Source: an uncultured Gammaproteobacteria bacterium
GTDB taxonomy: Bacteria > Pseudomonadota > Gammaproteobacteria > UBA9214
Assembly (NCBI GenBank): GCA_963827755.1
Contig: CAWHCQ010000028.1
Span: 1 to 64,000, forward strand
Direction: 5' to 3'
DNA length: 64,000 nt
Positions 31,159 through 41,865 of this stretch are shown piece by piece. Under the pieces are notes generated by a model, which had not been told where the DNA came from, did not search any database, and worked only from the letters and a program-made list of their open reading frames with translations. Position numbers and translations under genes: made by a program. Each line of letters opens with the position of its first letter. Positions within the stretch are counted from its first letter, which is position 1.

Positions 31159-31764
31159 CTAGCCGGCCAGCACGAAACCGATACCGACGAGATACAATCC
31201 TGCCGGGTATTGCCAGCGGCGCGGTCTGTCATTCAGGTATTCAATAAGCAGCGACAGGACAATACCCATAATCATATACAGGGGAACGACCTGTACCGAG
31301 GTGTAATGGCGCAGATCACCGGGAAGATAATAAAAATAGAAGGTACCGTAAAAGAGAAGGAAAAAACCGTTGGCGAGTATTTCCAGCAGCGGGCCATCCA
31401 TTCCTGCAGCGATTCCCCGCAGCCAGTGTGGCCGAAAAACGATCTTCTTTTCTTGCAATATATGATGCAGAAAATACAGGTAATACCCGTATACCGGCCA
31501 GATGATGAAATTCAGAGCAGAGGTAAAACCATCGTGAATCGGCCATACCCGATACTGCCAAAGCGGCCTTCCCGTGAACATGTAATACAGCTTTCCCAGG
31601 TAAACCTCACAGACGATGGCAACCAGGAAGGCGGCAGACATAAACAGCAGCAGGCGGTAGCCGTCGACAATGATCCAGCGACGCATCAACAAGGACCCCG
31701 CCACGTAGAAAAGCAACGCACCCACCAGCGCGCCGGACAGGCCCTGCAGAATCAGGTAACCCAT
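31159..31764 (-). CDS. Multi-pass membrane protein with apparent two-fold internal repeat
   Basis: About 6 TM segments; E...G...Y...TS pattern occurs twice. Confidence 0.7.
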   Translation of the reverse strand: MGYLILQGLSGALVGALLFYVAGSLLMRRWIIVDGYRLLLFMSAAFLVAIVCEVYLGKLYYMFTGRPLWQYRVWPIHDGFTSALNFIIWPVYGYYLYFLHHILQEKKIVFRPHWLRGIAAGMDGPLLEILANGFFLLFYGTFYFYYLPGDLRHYTSVQVVPLYMIMGIVLSLLIEYLNDRPRRWQYPAGLYLVGIGFVLAG

Positions 31765-31780
31765 TTGCAGAAAAATGTAT

Positions 31781-32113
31781 TCAGATATGTGATACCAGCT
31801 TTGCCTCCGGCACCCGCTCCTGGATAGCGCCGGCTATTTCCAGTCGAATGCCATTGACAGGCTTGAGGGAAACCCAAAGCAGGTTCAGCTTGAGATTGAA
31901 CTCGGCAAACACGACAACATGATTGAAACGGGTCAGGGCAAGATGCACATCCTGGATGGTGCTTTCGATGAGATGTTTGGGTTTTTCCCGCAGACCGGGA
32001 ATCAGCATCATGAAATCGCTCAGCGCCCTGCCATTCTCGTCACGCGACGGCGCCCGCTTCCTGAGCGGCTCGGAAGATGCCTCGAACTGGACGGATAATT
32101 TCGGAAGCGTCAT
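31781..32113 (-). CDS. Hypothetical protein
   Basis: 110-aa ORF co-oriented between DUF302 and the membrane gene. Confidence 0.75.
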   Translation of the reverse strand: MTLPKLSVQFEASSEPLRKRAPSRDENGRALSDFMMLIPGLREKPKHLIESTIQDVHLALTRFNHVVVFAEFNLKLNLLWVSLKPVNGIRLEIAGAIQERVPEAKLVSHI

Positions 32114-32118
32114 TGCAA

Positions 32119-32508
32119 TCAGGCTGCCAGCGCGTCCCGTACCCGCTCCAGCCTGCTGCGTACGTCAGCCGCCAGCTCGGCCACCCCTTCCCTGTCCACC
32201 AGTCCGAGTACCGCCGCAGGGTCCATAAAGCCGACAGTAATCGAGCCGTTGTCCTCTTCCCGCACAACCACGTTACAGGGCAGCAGCAAACCGATATCCG
32301 GGTCTGCATCAAGCGCCTGGCTGGCCAGTGCCGGATTGCATGCACCCAGAATAAGGTAGGGATTTCGATCGATATCAAGCTTCTTTTTCAGCGTGGCCGC
32401 GACATCTATCTCGGTAAGAATACCAAAACCCTCTTTTTGCAGCGCTTCAGTGACCCTGTTTTTTACATCACTCATGCTGCCGGTTACGGAAACATTAAAA
32501 CCATACAT
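32119..32508 (-). CDS. DUF302 family protein
   Basis: GFGILTEID, ILGACNP and GLLLPCNVVV motifs. Confidence 0.9.
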   Translation of the reverse strand: MYGFNVSVTGSMSDVKNRVTEALQKEGFGILTEIDVAATLKKKLDIDRNPYLILGACNPALASQALDADPDIGLLLPCNVVVREEDNGSITVGFMDPAAVLGLVDREGVAELAADVRSRLERVRDALAA

Positions 32509-32526
32509 TGCACGTACCTCTGGTTT

Positions 32527-33408
32527 TCAGTCAGTCAGGCGCGCTTGCGCCTCACGGTATTTTGCCGCCGTTTTTTCGATAATTTCGTCAGGCAGCTTCG
32601 GTCCGGGTGGCGTCTTGTCCCAGTCAAGCGTTTCCAGGTAATCACGCACGAACTGCTTGTCGAAACTTTCCGGGCTCTCTCCGGGCTTATAGGTGTCCAG
32701 CGGCCAGAAGCGTGACGAATCCGGCGTCAGCATTTCGTCGATCAACAGCAATTCATCATTTTCATCCAGGCCGAACTCAAACTTGGTATCGGCAATAATA
32801 ATACCGCGCTCCCTGGCATAGGCGGCGCAATTCGTGTAAATCTCCAGGCTGACATCCCGCACCTTCCCGGCAAGCTCGTCACCCAGCAGTTTTCTGGTTG
32901 CCTCGAAGTCGATATTTTCGTCATGATCGCCCACGGCGGCCTTGGTCGATGGCGTATAGATGGCTTCCGGCAACCGCTCAGCCAGTTGCAGCCCTTCTGG
33001 CAGGGCAATACCGCAAACCCCGCCGCTGCGCTGATAGTCCTTCCAGCCCGAGCCAATCAGGTAACCGCGCACGATCGCCTCGACCGGCAGCGCCTTCAGC
33101 TTTTTCACTATGATGGCGCGCCCTTCGACTTCGGCGCGTTGCGCTGCATCCGGCAACACCTCCGCGAGCGGAATGTCTGACAGATGGTTCCTGATGATCC
33201 TGCCGGTTTGCCTGAACCAGAAATTCGACACCTCTGTAAGCACCGCGCCCTTGCCCGGAATGGGGTCTGGCAGAACAACATCGAACGCCGACAGCCGGTC
33301 CGTGGTCACGATCAGCAGGTGATCGTCACCGACCGCGTAGATATCACGGACCTTGCCACGATGTATCAAGGGCAAATCCAGGCTGGATTCAAACAGTACT
33401 TCTTTCAT
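32527..33408 (-). CDS. purC: SAICAR synthase
   Basis: [24 protein letters not shown] and TPDSSRFW motifs. Confidence 0.96.
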   Translation of the reverse strand: MKEVLFESSLDLPLIHRGKVRDIYAVGDDHLLIVTTDRLSAFDVVLPDPIPGKGAVLTEVSNFWFRQTGRIIRNHLSDIPLAEVLPDAAQRAEVEGRAIIVKKLKALPVEAIVRGYLIGSGWKDYQRSGGVCGIALPEGLQLAERLPEAIYTPSTKAAVGDHDENIDFEATRKLLGDELAGKVRDVSLEIYTNCAAYARERGIIIADTKFEFGLDENDELLLIDEMLTPDSSRFWPLDTYKPGESPESFDKQFVRDYLETLDWDKTPPGPKLPDEIIEKTAAKYREAQARLTD

Positions 33409-33600
33409 AGGGTGCGGCCCCCGCCGGTTCTGAACAAGGCAAACATTGTACCCGCGATCAGGCTGAAACCTGAAATCAGCGACCGGCCACGTCAATAGCC
33501 CTGAAATTCATGCCATTTTTAGTCCCGCGAGGTGCCACGGCAGGCCTTGCCGGTGGTAGAATCCTCCTTCCTTTTCAGAAGCAGATCACGGAACACGATT

Positions 33601-34092
33601 ATGAGTACACCACAAGTCGCCATCATCATGGGTAGCAGCAGTGACTGGGACATCATGAAGCCGGCTGTCGACATGCTGAAAAAGTTTGGCGTCGCCCATG
33701 AGGCAAAAGTCATCTCGGCGCATCGCGCCACCGATATGTTACTGGACTATGCAGGCAAGCTGCGCGAGCGTGGCTTTGTTGCCGTCATCGCGGGTGCCGG
33801 TGGTGCAGCGCACCTGGCCGGTGTCACGGCCGCGAAAACGACACTGCCGGTACTCGGCGTGCCGATTCCCTCCAAATACCTGAAGGGCATGGACTCGTTG
33901 CTGTCCACGGTACAGATGCCCAAGGGCATCCCGGTGGCAACCTTTGCGATTGGCGAGCCTGGTGCAGCCAATGCTGCGCTGTATGCCGTGCATATAATTG
34001 CCGTCACCGACAGGGACATGGCAGACAAACTGGATACCTTCCGCAAGGAACAGGAAGAAATGGTTCGCAACTCGACGCTGCCAACAACATGA
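33601..34092 (+). CDS. purE: N5-CAIR mutase
   Basis: MGSSSD, SAHR, AGAGGAAHL and VQMPKGIPVAT motifs. Confidence 0.96.
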   Translation: MSTPQVAIIMGSSSDWDIMKPAVDMLKKFGVAHEAKVISAHRATDMLLDYAGKLRERGFVAVIAGAGGAAHLAGVTAAKTTLPVLGVPIPSKYLKGMDSLLSTVQMPKGIPVATFAIGEPGAANAALYAVHIIAVTDRDMADKLDTFRKEQEEMVRNSTLPTT

Positions 34093-35216
34093 TCCTGCCG
34101 GACTCCACGCTGGGCATGATCGGCGGCGGGCAACTGGCTCGCATGTTCACTATCGCTGCACGCAGCATGGGTTACTGCGTCATTATCCTCGACCCCGACC
34201 CGCACAGCCCGGCCGGCAGTATCGCAGACCAGCACATCAAGGCTGATTTCAATGACAATGCGGCACTGGATATGCTTGGTGACTACTGCGCTGTTATTAC
34301 TGCCGAGACTGAAAACATCCCCCCGGAAAGCCTGAACCGCCTGCAACAGCACTGCAAGGTCAGGCCGGCACCGGGAACCATCGAAATCATTCAGGACCGG
34401 CTGCGCGAAAAAACCTGGCTGGACGAACATGATTTTTCGACTGTCGCGTTTTACACAATCCATGGTGTTGCCGAGCTGGAGGCCGCCATGGATGATCTTG
34501 ACCAGGCAGGTATTCTCAAGGTTGCACTGCCACGCTACCCGGGCCAGGGCCAGCACATGGTTGAGTCACTCGAGGAAGCCATCGATGCCTTTGATGAAAT
34601 GGGTAAACAGACCTGCATACTCGAGGAACGGATATTTGTTGAGAAACGCCTTTGCGTCATCCTCGCGCGCGGCATCAAGGGTGACACGGAAACCTACCCG
34701 GTGATTGAAAATATTTACCGCAAGGGACTCCTCGAAACCTCCATTGCCCCTGCAGCCATTGACGGCGATGTCGAGGAAAATGCCCTGGAAATCGCCTGCG
34801 AACTCGCCGATGAACTGGAGTACTGCGGGGTCCTCGCCGTTGAGTTGTTCCTCACCACGGAAGGCGAACTGCTGATCAACACCATTGCACCGCGACCGCA
34901 CAACAGCGGCCACCTGACCGTAGACGCCTGCGTGACCTCGCAGTTCGAACAGCAGGTCCGCACCCTCTGCGGCCTGCCTCCGGGAGATGCCCAGCTACTC
35001 TCGCCGGTCGTCATGATCAACCTGAGGGGCGACCTCTGGGACAACGGAGAGCCCCGCTGGGAAACGGTCTTTAATGAACCGCAGGCCCTGTTGCACCTTT
35101 ACGGCAAGCGCAAGGCCACCCCCGGCCGCAAGATGGGGCATATCAACGTGCTTGCAGAAGACGCCGACAAGGCGCTGGAAATTGCAGAGTCCATCCGCGC
35201 TGCACTGCCGGGCTGA
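34089..35216 (+). CDS. purK: N5-CAIR synthase (PurK) with atypical active-site motifs
   Basis: GGGQLARM, APRPHNSGH, SQFEQ and GRKMGH motifs; overlaps the purE stop. Confidence 0.88.
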   Translation: MILPDSTLGMIGGGQLARMFTIAARSMGYCVIILDPDPHSPAGSIADQHIKADFNDNAALDMLGDYCAVITAETENIPPESLNRLQQHCKVRPAPGTIEIIQDRLREKTWLDEHDFSTVAFYTIHGVAELEAAMDDLDQAGILKVALPRYPGQGQHMVESLEEAIDAFDEMGKQTCILEERIFVEKRLCVILARGIKGDTETYPVIENIYRKGLLETSIAPAAIDGDVEENALEIACELADELEYCGVLAVELFLTTEGELLINTIAPRPHNSGHLTVDACVTSQFEQQVRTLCGLPPGDAQLLSPVVMINLRGDLWDNGEPRWETVFNEPQALLHLYGKRKATPGRKMGHINVLAEDADKALEIAESIRAALPG

Positions 35217-35376
35217 CCCTACCCGGTCTTTCCGGCACCGCCCGGCATGGTTGCCGGGACAAGGCATGCCGGCCGGGCACCCAGGGGTTACTATCAGCGG
35301 CAATCCCGCCGACCCGTGCTGACAGGCGGGCTGTTACCCGCCGCATCGCTGGGCGGGCCCCGGGAGGAACACCGAC

Positions 35377-35742
35377 ATTCATCTCCAGGCCGACCTTATC
35401 CTTGTCCTGCACGCCGCGTTTATCGTATTTGTCGTGGCGGGCGGCCTGCTGGTACTGCGCTTTAACAGGCTGGCGTGGCTGCATCTGCCCTGCGCTGCGT
35501 GGGGCATCCTGGTTGAACTGTTTGGCTGGATCTGTCCACTGACGCCGCTTGAAAACCGGCTTCGCCACCGGGATACCGGCCTCGATCGGGAAACAGGGTT
35601 TATCGAGCACTACCTTGCACCCCTGATCTACCCCGCCGGCCTGACAGAAGATATCCAGTACGCGCTCGCCCTGTTTGTTCTGCTGATCAATACCGCTATC
35701 TATACTATCGTCTGGAAACGACGCCGCTCCGCGGCTGCTTGA
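35377..35742 (+). CDS. DUF2784-like membrane protein, possible ATT start
   Basis: ADLILVLHAAFIVFVVAGG...WICPLTPLEN...GFIEHYL; start uncertain. Confidence 0.75.
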   Translation: MHLQADLILVLHAAFIVFVVAGGLLVLRFNRLAWLHLPCAAWGILVELFGWICPLTPLENRLRHRDTGLDRETGFIEHYLAPLIYPAGLTEDIQYALALFVLLINTAIYTIVWKRRRSAAA

Positions 35743-35842
35743 ACAGCGCGGCTGAATGAATATCATGCTGCTCTGCATTAACATCTGGCATTCCCGCCAG
35801 GAATACCTGGGCTATAAACAACGCGTCCGCAGGTGGCTGTAA

Positions 35843-36268
35843 ATGGGCATATTCACAAGGCTCTTCGAGAAAAAACCCCGTCCCCCCTCAGCCGCGGAGG
35901 AACTCGGCAAGATTCTTGACCGCTTCACTACGGCCACCATCATGGGCATTGACCGCGAAGACCTTGGACGCTACCCGGCCAAGCAGTACAAGGTAATGGC
36001 CTTCCATTTCGGCGCCATTGAATACCTGGCCGACCAGTACGGACTGGATGAGAGCCAGACACTCGGTGTATTCGTTGCCTTTATCGACAAGTACTTCAAC
36101 ATGCCCATTACAGAAACCGGCAGCATCAGTGAACGTCTGCAGGGTTTCAGTGAAAACGCCGAGGAACGCGCCTACCTCGATGCCGGCATGCAGATCTTCC
36201 GGCGCTGGCATGAACAGAATGAACGGCGTGCACCACTGGAACTCGGCGAAATGCTGAACTCACAGTGA
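35843..36268 (+). CDS. Hypothetical protein
   Basis: 141-aa ORF starting MGIFTRLF, typical codon use. Confidence 0.7.
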   Translation: MGIFTRLFEKKPRPPSAAEELGKILDRFTTATIMGIDREDLGRYPAKQYKVMAFHFGAIEYLADQYGLDESQTLGVFVAFIDKYFNMPITETGSISERLQGFSENAEERAYLDAGMQIFRRWHEQNERRAPLELGEMLNSQ

Positions 36269-36526
36269 GCCACAGCGGGCGCCGGTCGCTCAGCCATACC
36301 GTGCAGCACTGGAGAGACTATCTGCCTGACTATTTCCCACTGCCGCATCCATCGCCACGCAATATTCGCTGGTTCAGGCTTAACCCCTGGTTTGAGGCCG
36401 AGGTTATCCCGCAGCTGAGATCACAAATTAACGATATATATCAATAACTAATATAAACACTTCTGAATTGACAGAGCTCAACACGGGCGCGCCGTCCTCT
36501 GGTAGAATTTGCGTCTGGAAACCTCC

Positions 36527-38437
36527 ATGCCCGATACCAAATATCCATTACTCAGCACCATCGAGTCGCCGGCCGGCCTGCGCACGCTTGGGCCTGTCAG
36601 GCTGAGACAACTTGCTGATGAACTGCGTGAATTCCTGATTGAATCCGTTTCCGCAACGGGTGGTCACCTTGCGGCCGGGCTCGGAACTGTTGAACTGACC
36701 GTCGCCCTGCACCATGTCTTTAATACACCCCATGACCGACTCGTCTGGGATATCGGCCATCAGGCCTATCCCCACAAGATCCTTACCGGCCGGCGCGATG
36801 CCATGAGCAGCCTGCGTCGCCGTGGCGGACTCAGTGGTTTTCTCAGCCGCGAGGAAAGTGAATACGATACCTTCGGGGCCGGGCACTCCAGCACATCGAT
36901 CAGCGCTGCACTGGGCATGGCCACTGCAGCCGCCATCGACAACAGGGATCAACACACGGTTGCAGTCATCGGTGACGGTGCCATGACCGCGGGGATGGCC
37001 TACGAGGGACTCAATAATGCCGGTGACCAGGAGTGCAACCTGCTGGTGATATTGAATGATAATGAAATGTCGATCTCGCCCAACCGCGGTGCCATGCACA
37101 ACTACCTGGCACGCATCCTGTCCGGGCGTCTCTATAGCGGTGTACGCGAAAGCGGGAAGAATATCCTGCGGAATCTGCCGGGTGCGAAGAATTTCGTGCG
37201 CCGATCGGAAGAGCATGTAAAAGGCATGTTCATGCCCGGCACCCTGTTCGAGGAACTCGGTTTTAATTACATCGGGCCGATTGACGGACATGATCTGTCC
37301 ATCCTGGCTACCACCCTGCGCAACCTGCACGGTCTGCAGGGACGCCAGTTCCTGCACATTGTCACGCAAAAGGGCAAGGGCTATCACCCGGCCGAGCAGG
37401 ACCCGTGCAATTATCACGGGGTCACGCCGTTTAACCGCGAAACCGGCGAACAAAACAAAAGCGTGACATCAAAAACCTATACACAGGTGTTCAGCGACTG
37501 GCTGTGTGACATGGCAGCGGCAGATGAAAGACTCACGGGCATCACCCCGGCAATGCGTGAAGGCTCCGGCCTGGTGAAATTCTCTGAAAGATTTCCCGAG
37601 CGCTATTTCGATGTCGGCATCGCCGAGCAGCATGCACTGACGTTTGCCGCCGGACTGGCCTGTGAAGGACTGAAGCCGGTCGTTGCCATCTACTCCACCT
37701 TCCTGCAGCGTGCCTATGACCAGCTGATTCACGACATCGCACTGCAGGACCTCGATGTCACCTTTGCCATCGACCGTGCCGGACTGGTAGGTGCCGACGG
37801 TGCAACCCATGCCGGTGTATTTGACCTCAGCTTTCTGCGCTGTGTGCCCAACATGGTAATCATGGCACCGGCCGATGAAAGAGAATGTCGCCGAATGCTG
37901 ACCACCGCCTGGCAATACAAGGGGCCCGCTGCGGTACGCTACCCGCGCGGTACAGGCTCTGGAATCGAGCCGGGGTCTGAGCTGGACACCCTGCCCATGG
38001 GCAAAGCAGAGATTTGCAGGCAGGGAGAACATGTTGCCATACTCGCATTTGGCAGCCGTGTTGCAGCCGCACTTGAGGCAGGCGATGAAATTAACGCCAC
38101 AGTTGTAAACATGCGTTTTGTAAAGCCGCTGGACAAGATCCTCATAGCTGAAATGGCAGAACGGCATAGCCTGATACTCACCGTCGAGGAAAATGCCGTA
38201 CAGGGTGGTGCCGGTTCCGCCGTCAATGAAGTACTGCATGCACAGCGAACCGGAGTGCAAGTACTAAACCTTGGTATACCCGATCAGTTTATTGGACACG
38301 GCACCCACCAGGAGCAACTGGCCGAGTGCGGCCTCGACTCAGCAGGCATTCTCGCCGCCATTGCCGGGGTATCAGGTGAACCGGGGCTGGCACAGGGCAC
38401 GCCTCTTAAAGACAAGATACAACACCTGACTGGTTGA
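36527..38437 (+). CDS. dxs: 1-deoxy-D-xylulose-5-phosphate synthase
   Basis: [23 protein letters not shown] and [10 protein letters not shown] motifs. Confidence 0.97.
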   Translation: MPDTKYPLLSTIESPAGLRTLGPVRLRQLADELREFLIESVSATGGHLAAGLGTVELTVALHHVFNTPHDRLVWDIGHQAYPHKILTGRRDAMSSLRRRGGLSGFLSREESEYDTFGAGHSSTSISAALGMATAAAIDNRDQHTVAVIGDGAMTAGMAYEGLNNAGDQECNLLVILNDNEMSISPNRGAMHNYLARILSGRLYSGVRESGKNILRNLPGAKNFVRRSEEHVKGMFMPGTLFEELGFNYIGPIDGHDLSILATTLRNLHGLQGRQFLHIVTQKGKGYHPAEQDPCNYHGVTPFNRETGEQNKSVTSKTYTQVFSDWLCDMAAADERLTGITPAMREGSGLVKFSERFPERYFDVGIAEQHALTFAAGLACEGLKPVVAIYSTFLQRAYDQLIHDIALQDLDVTFAIDRAGLVGADGATHAGVFDLSFLRCVPNMVIMAPADERECRRMLTTAWQYKGPAAVRYPRGTGSGIEPGSELDTLPMGKAEICRQGEHVAILAFGSRVAAALEAGDEINATVVNMRFVKPLDKILIAEMAERHSLILTVEENAVQGGAGSAVNEVLHAQRTGVQVLNLGIPDQFIGHGTHQEQLAECGLDSAGILAAIAGVSGEPGLAQGTPLKDKIQHLTG

Positions 38438-38716
38438 GCTAAAATGCTGTAACGGCAGCAACTTAAGATTATGTGTCTTGATATGCCCGGTATCAGGCAG
38501 GTTTCGCGGTATTCTTTCACAACCTCATTTCAGGTTTTAGCCTTCGTTTTTCTCTCCTGATTGGCTGCTTGCACTCATCAGCAGAGGGGAAACGGTGCTT
38601 GTCCTGCAGGCCCTGTCCCTGAATCGAACCTGAGATGTTACAGCATCAAACTATAAATAAAATTAAATAATGATGATGTTAATCATAAGTATTAACTTAT
38701 GTTAAAAGCTGTTGTT

Positions 38717-39637
38717 CTACTTTGATTTCTCCTCATCTTCCCCGTCCAGGGGCATATCGTAGGCCGCCATGCTCGGACGCGCCATGTCGTCGTGCCCGGT
38801 TTGCTTGCGGTCACCCCGGCGGGCCAGGTGCTCCTCCAGGGCATTCTCCCTGAGAGGGATGGTTTCCTCGGCGTACATGACCTGGCGGATCATGCGGTCG
38901 CCGAAACGCAGCAGTGCCATCTCGTCGGTCAACAATTCATCGCGGGTCGCCTGGTCGATATCGTAGGTGGTCTTGAAGCCTTCGCTCCTGACGAATTCGC
39001 GAAAGCGGTCCAGGTCATAACAGGCCATAAAGAAAAACTTCAGGCTGGTCTTCGACATATTGCCAATCGCCGGTCCGGCCGACTTGACCTTCAGGATCAA
39101 CTGGCGCCAGGCGCGGCCATGCTCGTCATATTCCTCCAGTCCCTGCTCCGTGCGGTACTCGTCAATGGTGAGCTTGCGGTCCTCGAAATGCCCGTGGCAA
39201 TGATCTTCCTTGACCAGCGCGTAGGAAGCACGGTCGAAGTTCTCGTCCTGACGACGCGTGGACAACAATCCGACCGGGTAATAGCGGCATGCCGTCGGCC
39301 GGTCTTCATAGACGCTGCAGCCTTCTTCGGTTACGAACCGGCATTCGTTGGTGCCTTCCTTCGGCTTGTACTTGACGCCACCCACGCTCCCCTTGCCGAA
39401 CTCGAAGGGTTCCGTGTATTGCCTGAGAAACCCGGTTGACGTAATACCCAGGCGATTTTTCAGTCGCAGGATGTCATACGGCGTCAGCATGATGTCGATG
39501 TTCTTGCAGCAGGCATTGAAACAGTCGATATCCTTGTGACAACGGAACTGGATGACGGCACTTCCCTCCAACTGGTTGGGAATGACCGGGGTATCCGGAA
39601 GAGGCGACTCATCGATTAACATTTTTTCATCCGACAT
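38717..39637 (-). CDS. YkgJ-family Cys-cluster (CxxCxxCC) protein
   Basis: CHKDIDCFNACC, CRF...GCSVYEDRPTACRYYP and HCHG motifs. Confidence 0.85.
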   Translation of the reverse strand: MSDEKMLIDESPLPDTPVIPNQLEGSAVIQFRCHKDIDCFNACCKNIDIMLTPYDILRLKNRLGITSTGFLRQYTEPFEFGKGSVGGVKYKPKEGTNECRFVTEEGCSVYEDRPTACRYYPVGLLSTRRQDENFDRASYALVKEDHCHGHFEDRKLTIDEYRTEQGLEEYDEHGRAWRQLILKVKSAGPAIGNMSKTSLKFFFMACYDLDRFREFVRSEGFKTTYDIDQATRDELLTDEMALLRFGDRMIRQVMYAEETIPLRENALEEHLARRGDRKQTGHDDMARPSMAAYDMPLDGEDEEKSK

Positions 39638-39667
39638 TGTATCTACCTCAAACCAACTCAATACACC

Positions 39668-39735
39668 TGCAGGAGCGCTTCTCAAGCGCGATTGCCTTGC
39701 CAAATACTGTATCGCGCTTGAGAAGCGCTCCTGCA
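39668..39735. repeat. REPIN-like doublet with a perfect 25-bp inverted repeat
   Basis: TGCAGGAGCGCTTCTCAAGCGCGAT, 18-nt spacer, then its exact reverse complement. Confidence 0.8.
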
Positions 39736-39762
39736 AATTCTTCAAAACTTGTTCCGGAAAAT

Positions 39763-39796
39763 AAAAAGTCCGGGCACCGCAAGGCACCCGGACTTT
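39763..39796 (-). terminator. Intrinsic terminator after aprA
   Basis: Minus strand AAAGTCCGGG...CCCGGACTTTTT; second hairpin at about 39805-39832. Confidence 0.75.
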
Positions 39797-39839
39797 GAAT
39801 ATTTGCGGGGACAGGCTCAAAACCTGTCCCCGGCAGTCC

Positions 39840-41825
39840 TTACTTGAACAGCTTGGACTTGTCGACCAGGTCAACGTGTGCACGCTTGAAGCAGGTCCAC
39901 TTCCGGGTTTCCTTGTCGTAAACAGAGTTTACGAAACACTTCCAGTTTTCTTCATCGACAAAGTTCTTGTCCATGCGGTAGTAGAAACCCGGGTAACGCG
40001 ATTCCTGACGGAACTCGATATGCTTCATGTGAGCTTCGGCAGTAATGATGCGGTGATAGTTCTCCCAGGCACGCAGCAGTTCATGCAGGTCCTTGGCACG
40101 CATCTTCCGGGCATCTTCCTTCAGCATGTCCATCTTCTCACCAGCCACTTCCAGCATGTGGGCATTGGTGGTGTAGTAGGTTGCAACACCGGCTACATAT
40201 TCGTCCATGATCTTCTGCAAACGAAACTGCAGCATCTTCGGCGTAATGTAGTTCGGGTTGATGTCGATGGCTGTCGTGTAGTCCTTGTGCTCAAGGTAGT
40301 TCCTGACCGGCTGGTAGATATCAGCAACCAGTTGCTCAACAGGGGTGTCCAGCTCAGGCTTGTAGTCCTTGTTGTCCAGGCAGAACTTGACCATGGCCTT
40401 GGCAGCAATACGGCCTTCTGCATGCGAACCGGAAGAGAACTTGTGACCGGATGCGCCCACGCCATCACCAGCGGTCCACAGACCGGTAACGGTCGTCATG
40501 GCACGGTAACCCCAGTTCCAGCCCTTCGGCAGGTGCTCGGGGATACCTTCACTGTAGGCTTCGTCTGTCGGTGCACCAACATCAGTCGGACCGGACACCC
40601 AGATGCCGCAGCAACCGGAGTGTGAACCCAGCAGGTAGGGTTCGGTCGGCATCAGCTCGGAGTTCTTCTTCTCAGGATCGATGTTTTCACCCACCCAGAT
40701 ACCACACTGACCGATACACATATCAAGGAAGTCTTCCCAGGCTTCCGCCTCGAGGTGCTTCACTTCGCGCGGTGTCAGTGTTTCACGCAGGTTCGCAAGT
40801 GCAGTAACCGTGTCCATCCAGATCGGGCCACGGCCTTCCTTCATCTCTTTCAGCATGAGGTGGTTACGCAGACAGGAAGCCGGAACGGAAGCTGCACCAT
40901 AAGGCGGGTAGTCGTCGAGCATTTCCTTGTTGCGGTCCAGGTAGATTTCACCAACAGCATTGGTCGCCTTTGACTTGAACAGCAGGAACCAGGCGCCAAC
41001 CGGACCATAACCGTCCTTGAAGCGGGTCGGTACGAAACGGTTTTCCATCAGTGTCATCTCTGCGCCGGCTTCAGCAGCCATTGCATAGGTAGAACCGGCA
41101 TTCCAGACCGGGTACCAGGCACGACCCATGCCTTCACCGACTGAGCGCGGACGGAAGATGTTCACACAACCACCGGCTGCCAGCAGAATGGCCTTGGCCT
41201 TGTAGATAAATACCTTGTCTTCACGAACCGAGAAACCGACAGCACCGGCTATGCGGTTAGAATCGTTCTTGTCGTTGACCAGCTTGACGATAAAGATATG
41301 CTCCTGGATGTTGTCAGTACCGAGCGCCTTCTTGGCGGCCTCGGCAACAATCCACTTGTAGGATTCACCGTTGATCATGATCTGCCACCTGCCTGAACGA
41401 ACCGGCTTGCCGCCGTCTTTCAGGGGTGTCATGCCTTTGGAACCGTCAAAACGCTCACCGTTCTCGTCGGTCTTCCAGATCGGCAGACCCCATTCCTCGA
41501 ACAGATGCACAGACTCGTCCACGTGACGACCAACGTCATAGGCCAGATCGTCACGGGTAATACCCATCAGGTCGTTGGAGACCATGCGGGTGTAATCGGC
41601 CGGGTCCTGCTCGGTGCCGATGTAGGTATTGATCGCGGACAGACCCATGGCCACGGCACCTGAACGGTCCATGGCGGCCTTGTCGACCAGTCTGATTTTA
41701 AGATCAGTCCCTTCAGCCCAGCGCATTACTTCATAGGCAGCACCACAACATGCCATACCACCGCCGATAAGAAGAATATCAACTTCTTCTTCGACGACTT
41801 CAGGATTTCCAAATTCACCTGCCAT
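39840..41825 (-). CDS. aprA: Adenylylsulfate reductase alpha subunit
   Basis: DILLIGGGMACCG, RSGAVAMGLSAINTY, WQIMINGESYK and GHKFSSGSHAEGR motifs. Confidence 0.97.
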   Translation of the reverse strand: MAGEFGNPEVVEEEVDILLIGGGMACCGAAYEVMRWAEGTDLKIRLVDKAAMDRSGAVAMGLSAINTYIGTEQDPADYTRMVSNDLMGITRDDLAYDVGRHVDESVHLFEEWGLPIWKTDENGERFDGSKGMTPLKDGGKPVRSGRWQIMINGESYKWIVAEAAKKALGTDNIQEHIFIVKLVNDKNDSNRIAGAVGFSVREDKVFIYKAKAILLAAGGCVNIFRPRSVGEGMGRAWYPVWNAGSTYAMAAEAGAEMTLMENRFVPTRFKDGYGPVGAWFLLFKSKATNAVGEIYLDRNKEMLDDYPPYGAASVPASCLRNHLMLKEMKEGRGPIWMDTVTALANLRETLTPREVKHLEAEAWEDFLDMCIGQCGIWVGENIDPEKKNSELMPTEPYLLGSHSGCCGIWVSGPTDVGAPTDEAYSEGIPEHLPKGWNWGYRAMTTVTGLWTAGDGVGASGHKFSSGSHAEGRIAAKAMVKFCLDNKDYKPELDTPVEQLVADIYQPVRNYLEHKDYTTAIDINPNYITPKMLQFRLQKIMDEYVAGVATYYTTNAHMLEVAGEKMDMLKEDARKMRAKDLHELLRAWENYHRIITAEAHMKHIEFRQESRYPGFYYRMDKNFVDEENWKCFVNSVYDKETRKWTCFKRAHVDLVDKSKLFK

Positions 41826-41865
41826 TTTAAATTCCTCTTTCTGCGATTGTTTGTAGCGTGCGCGA

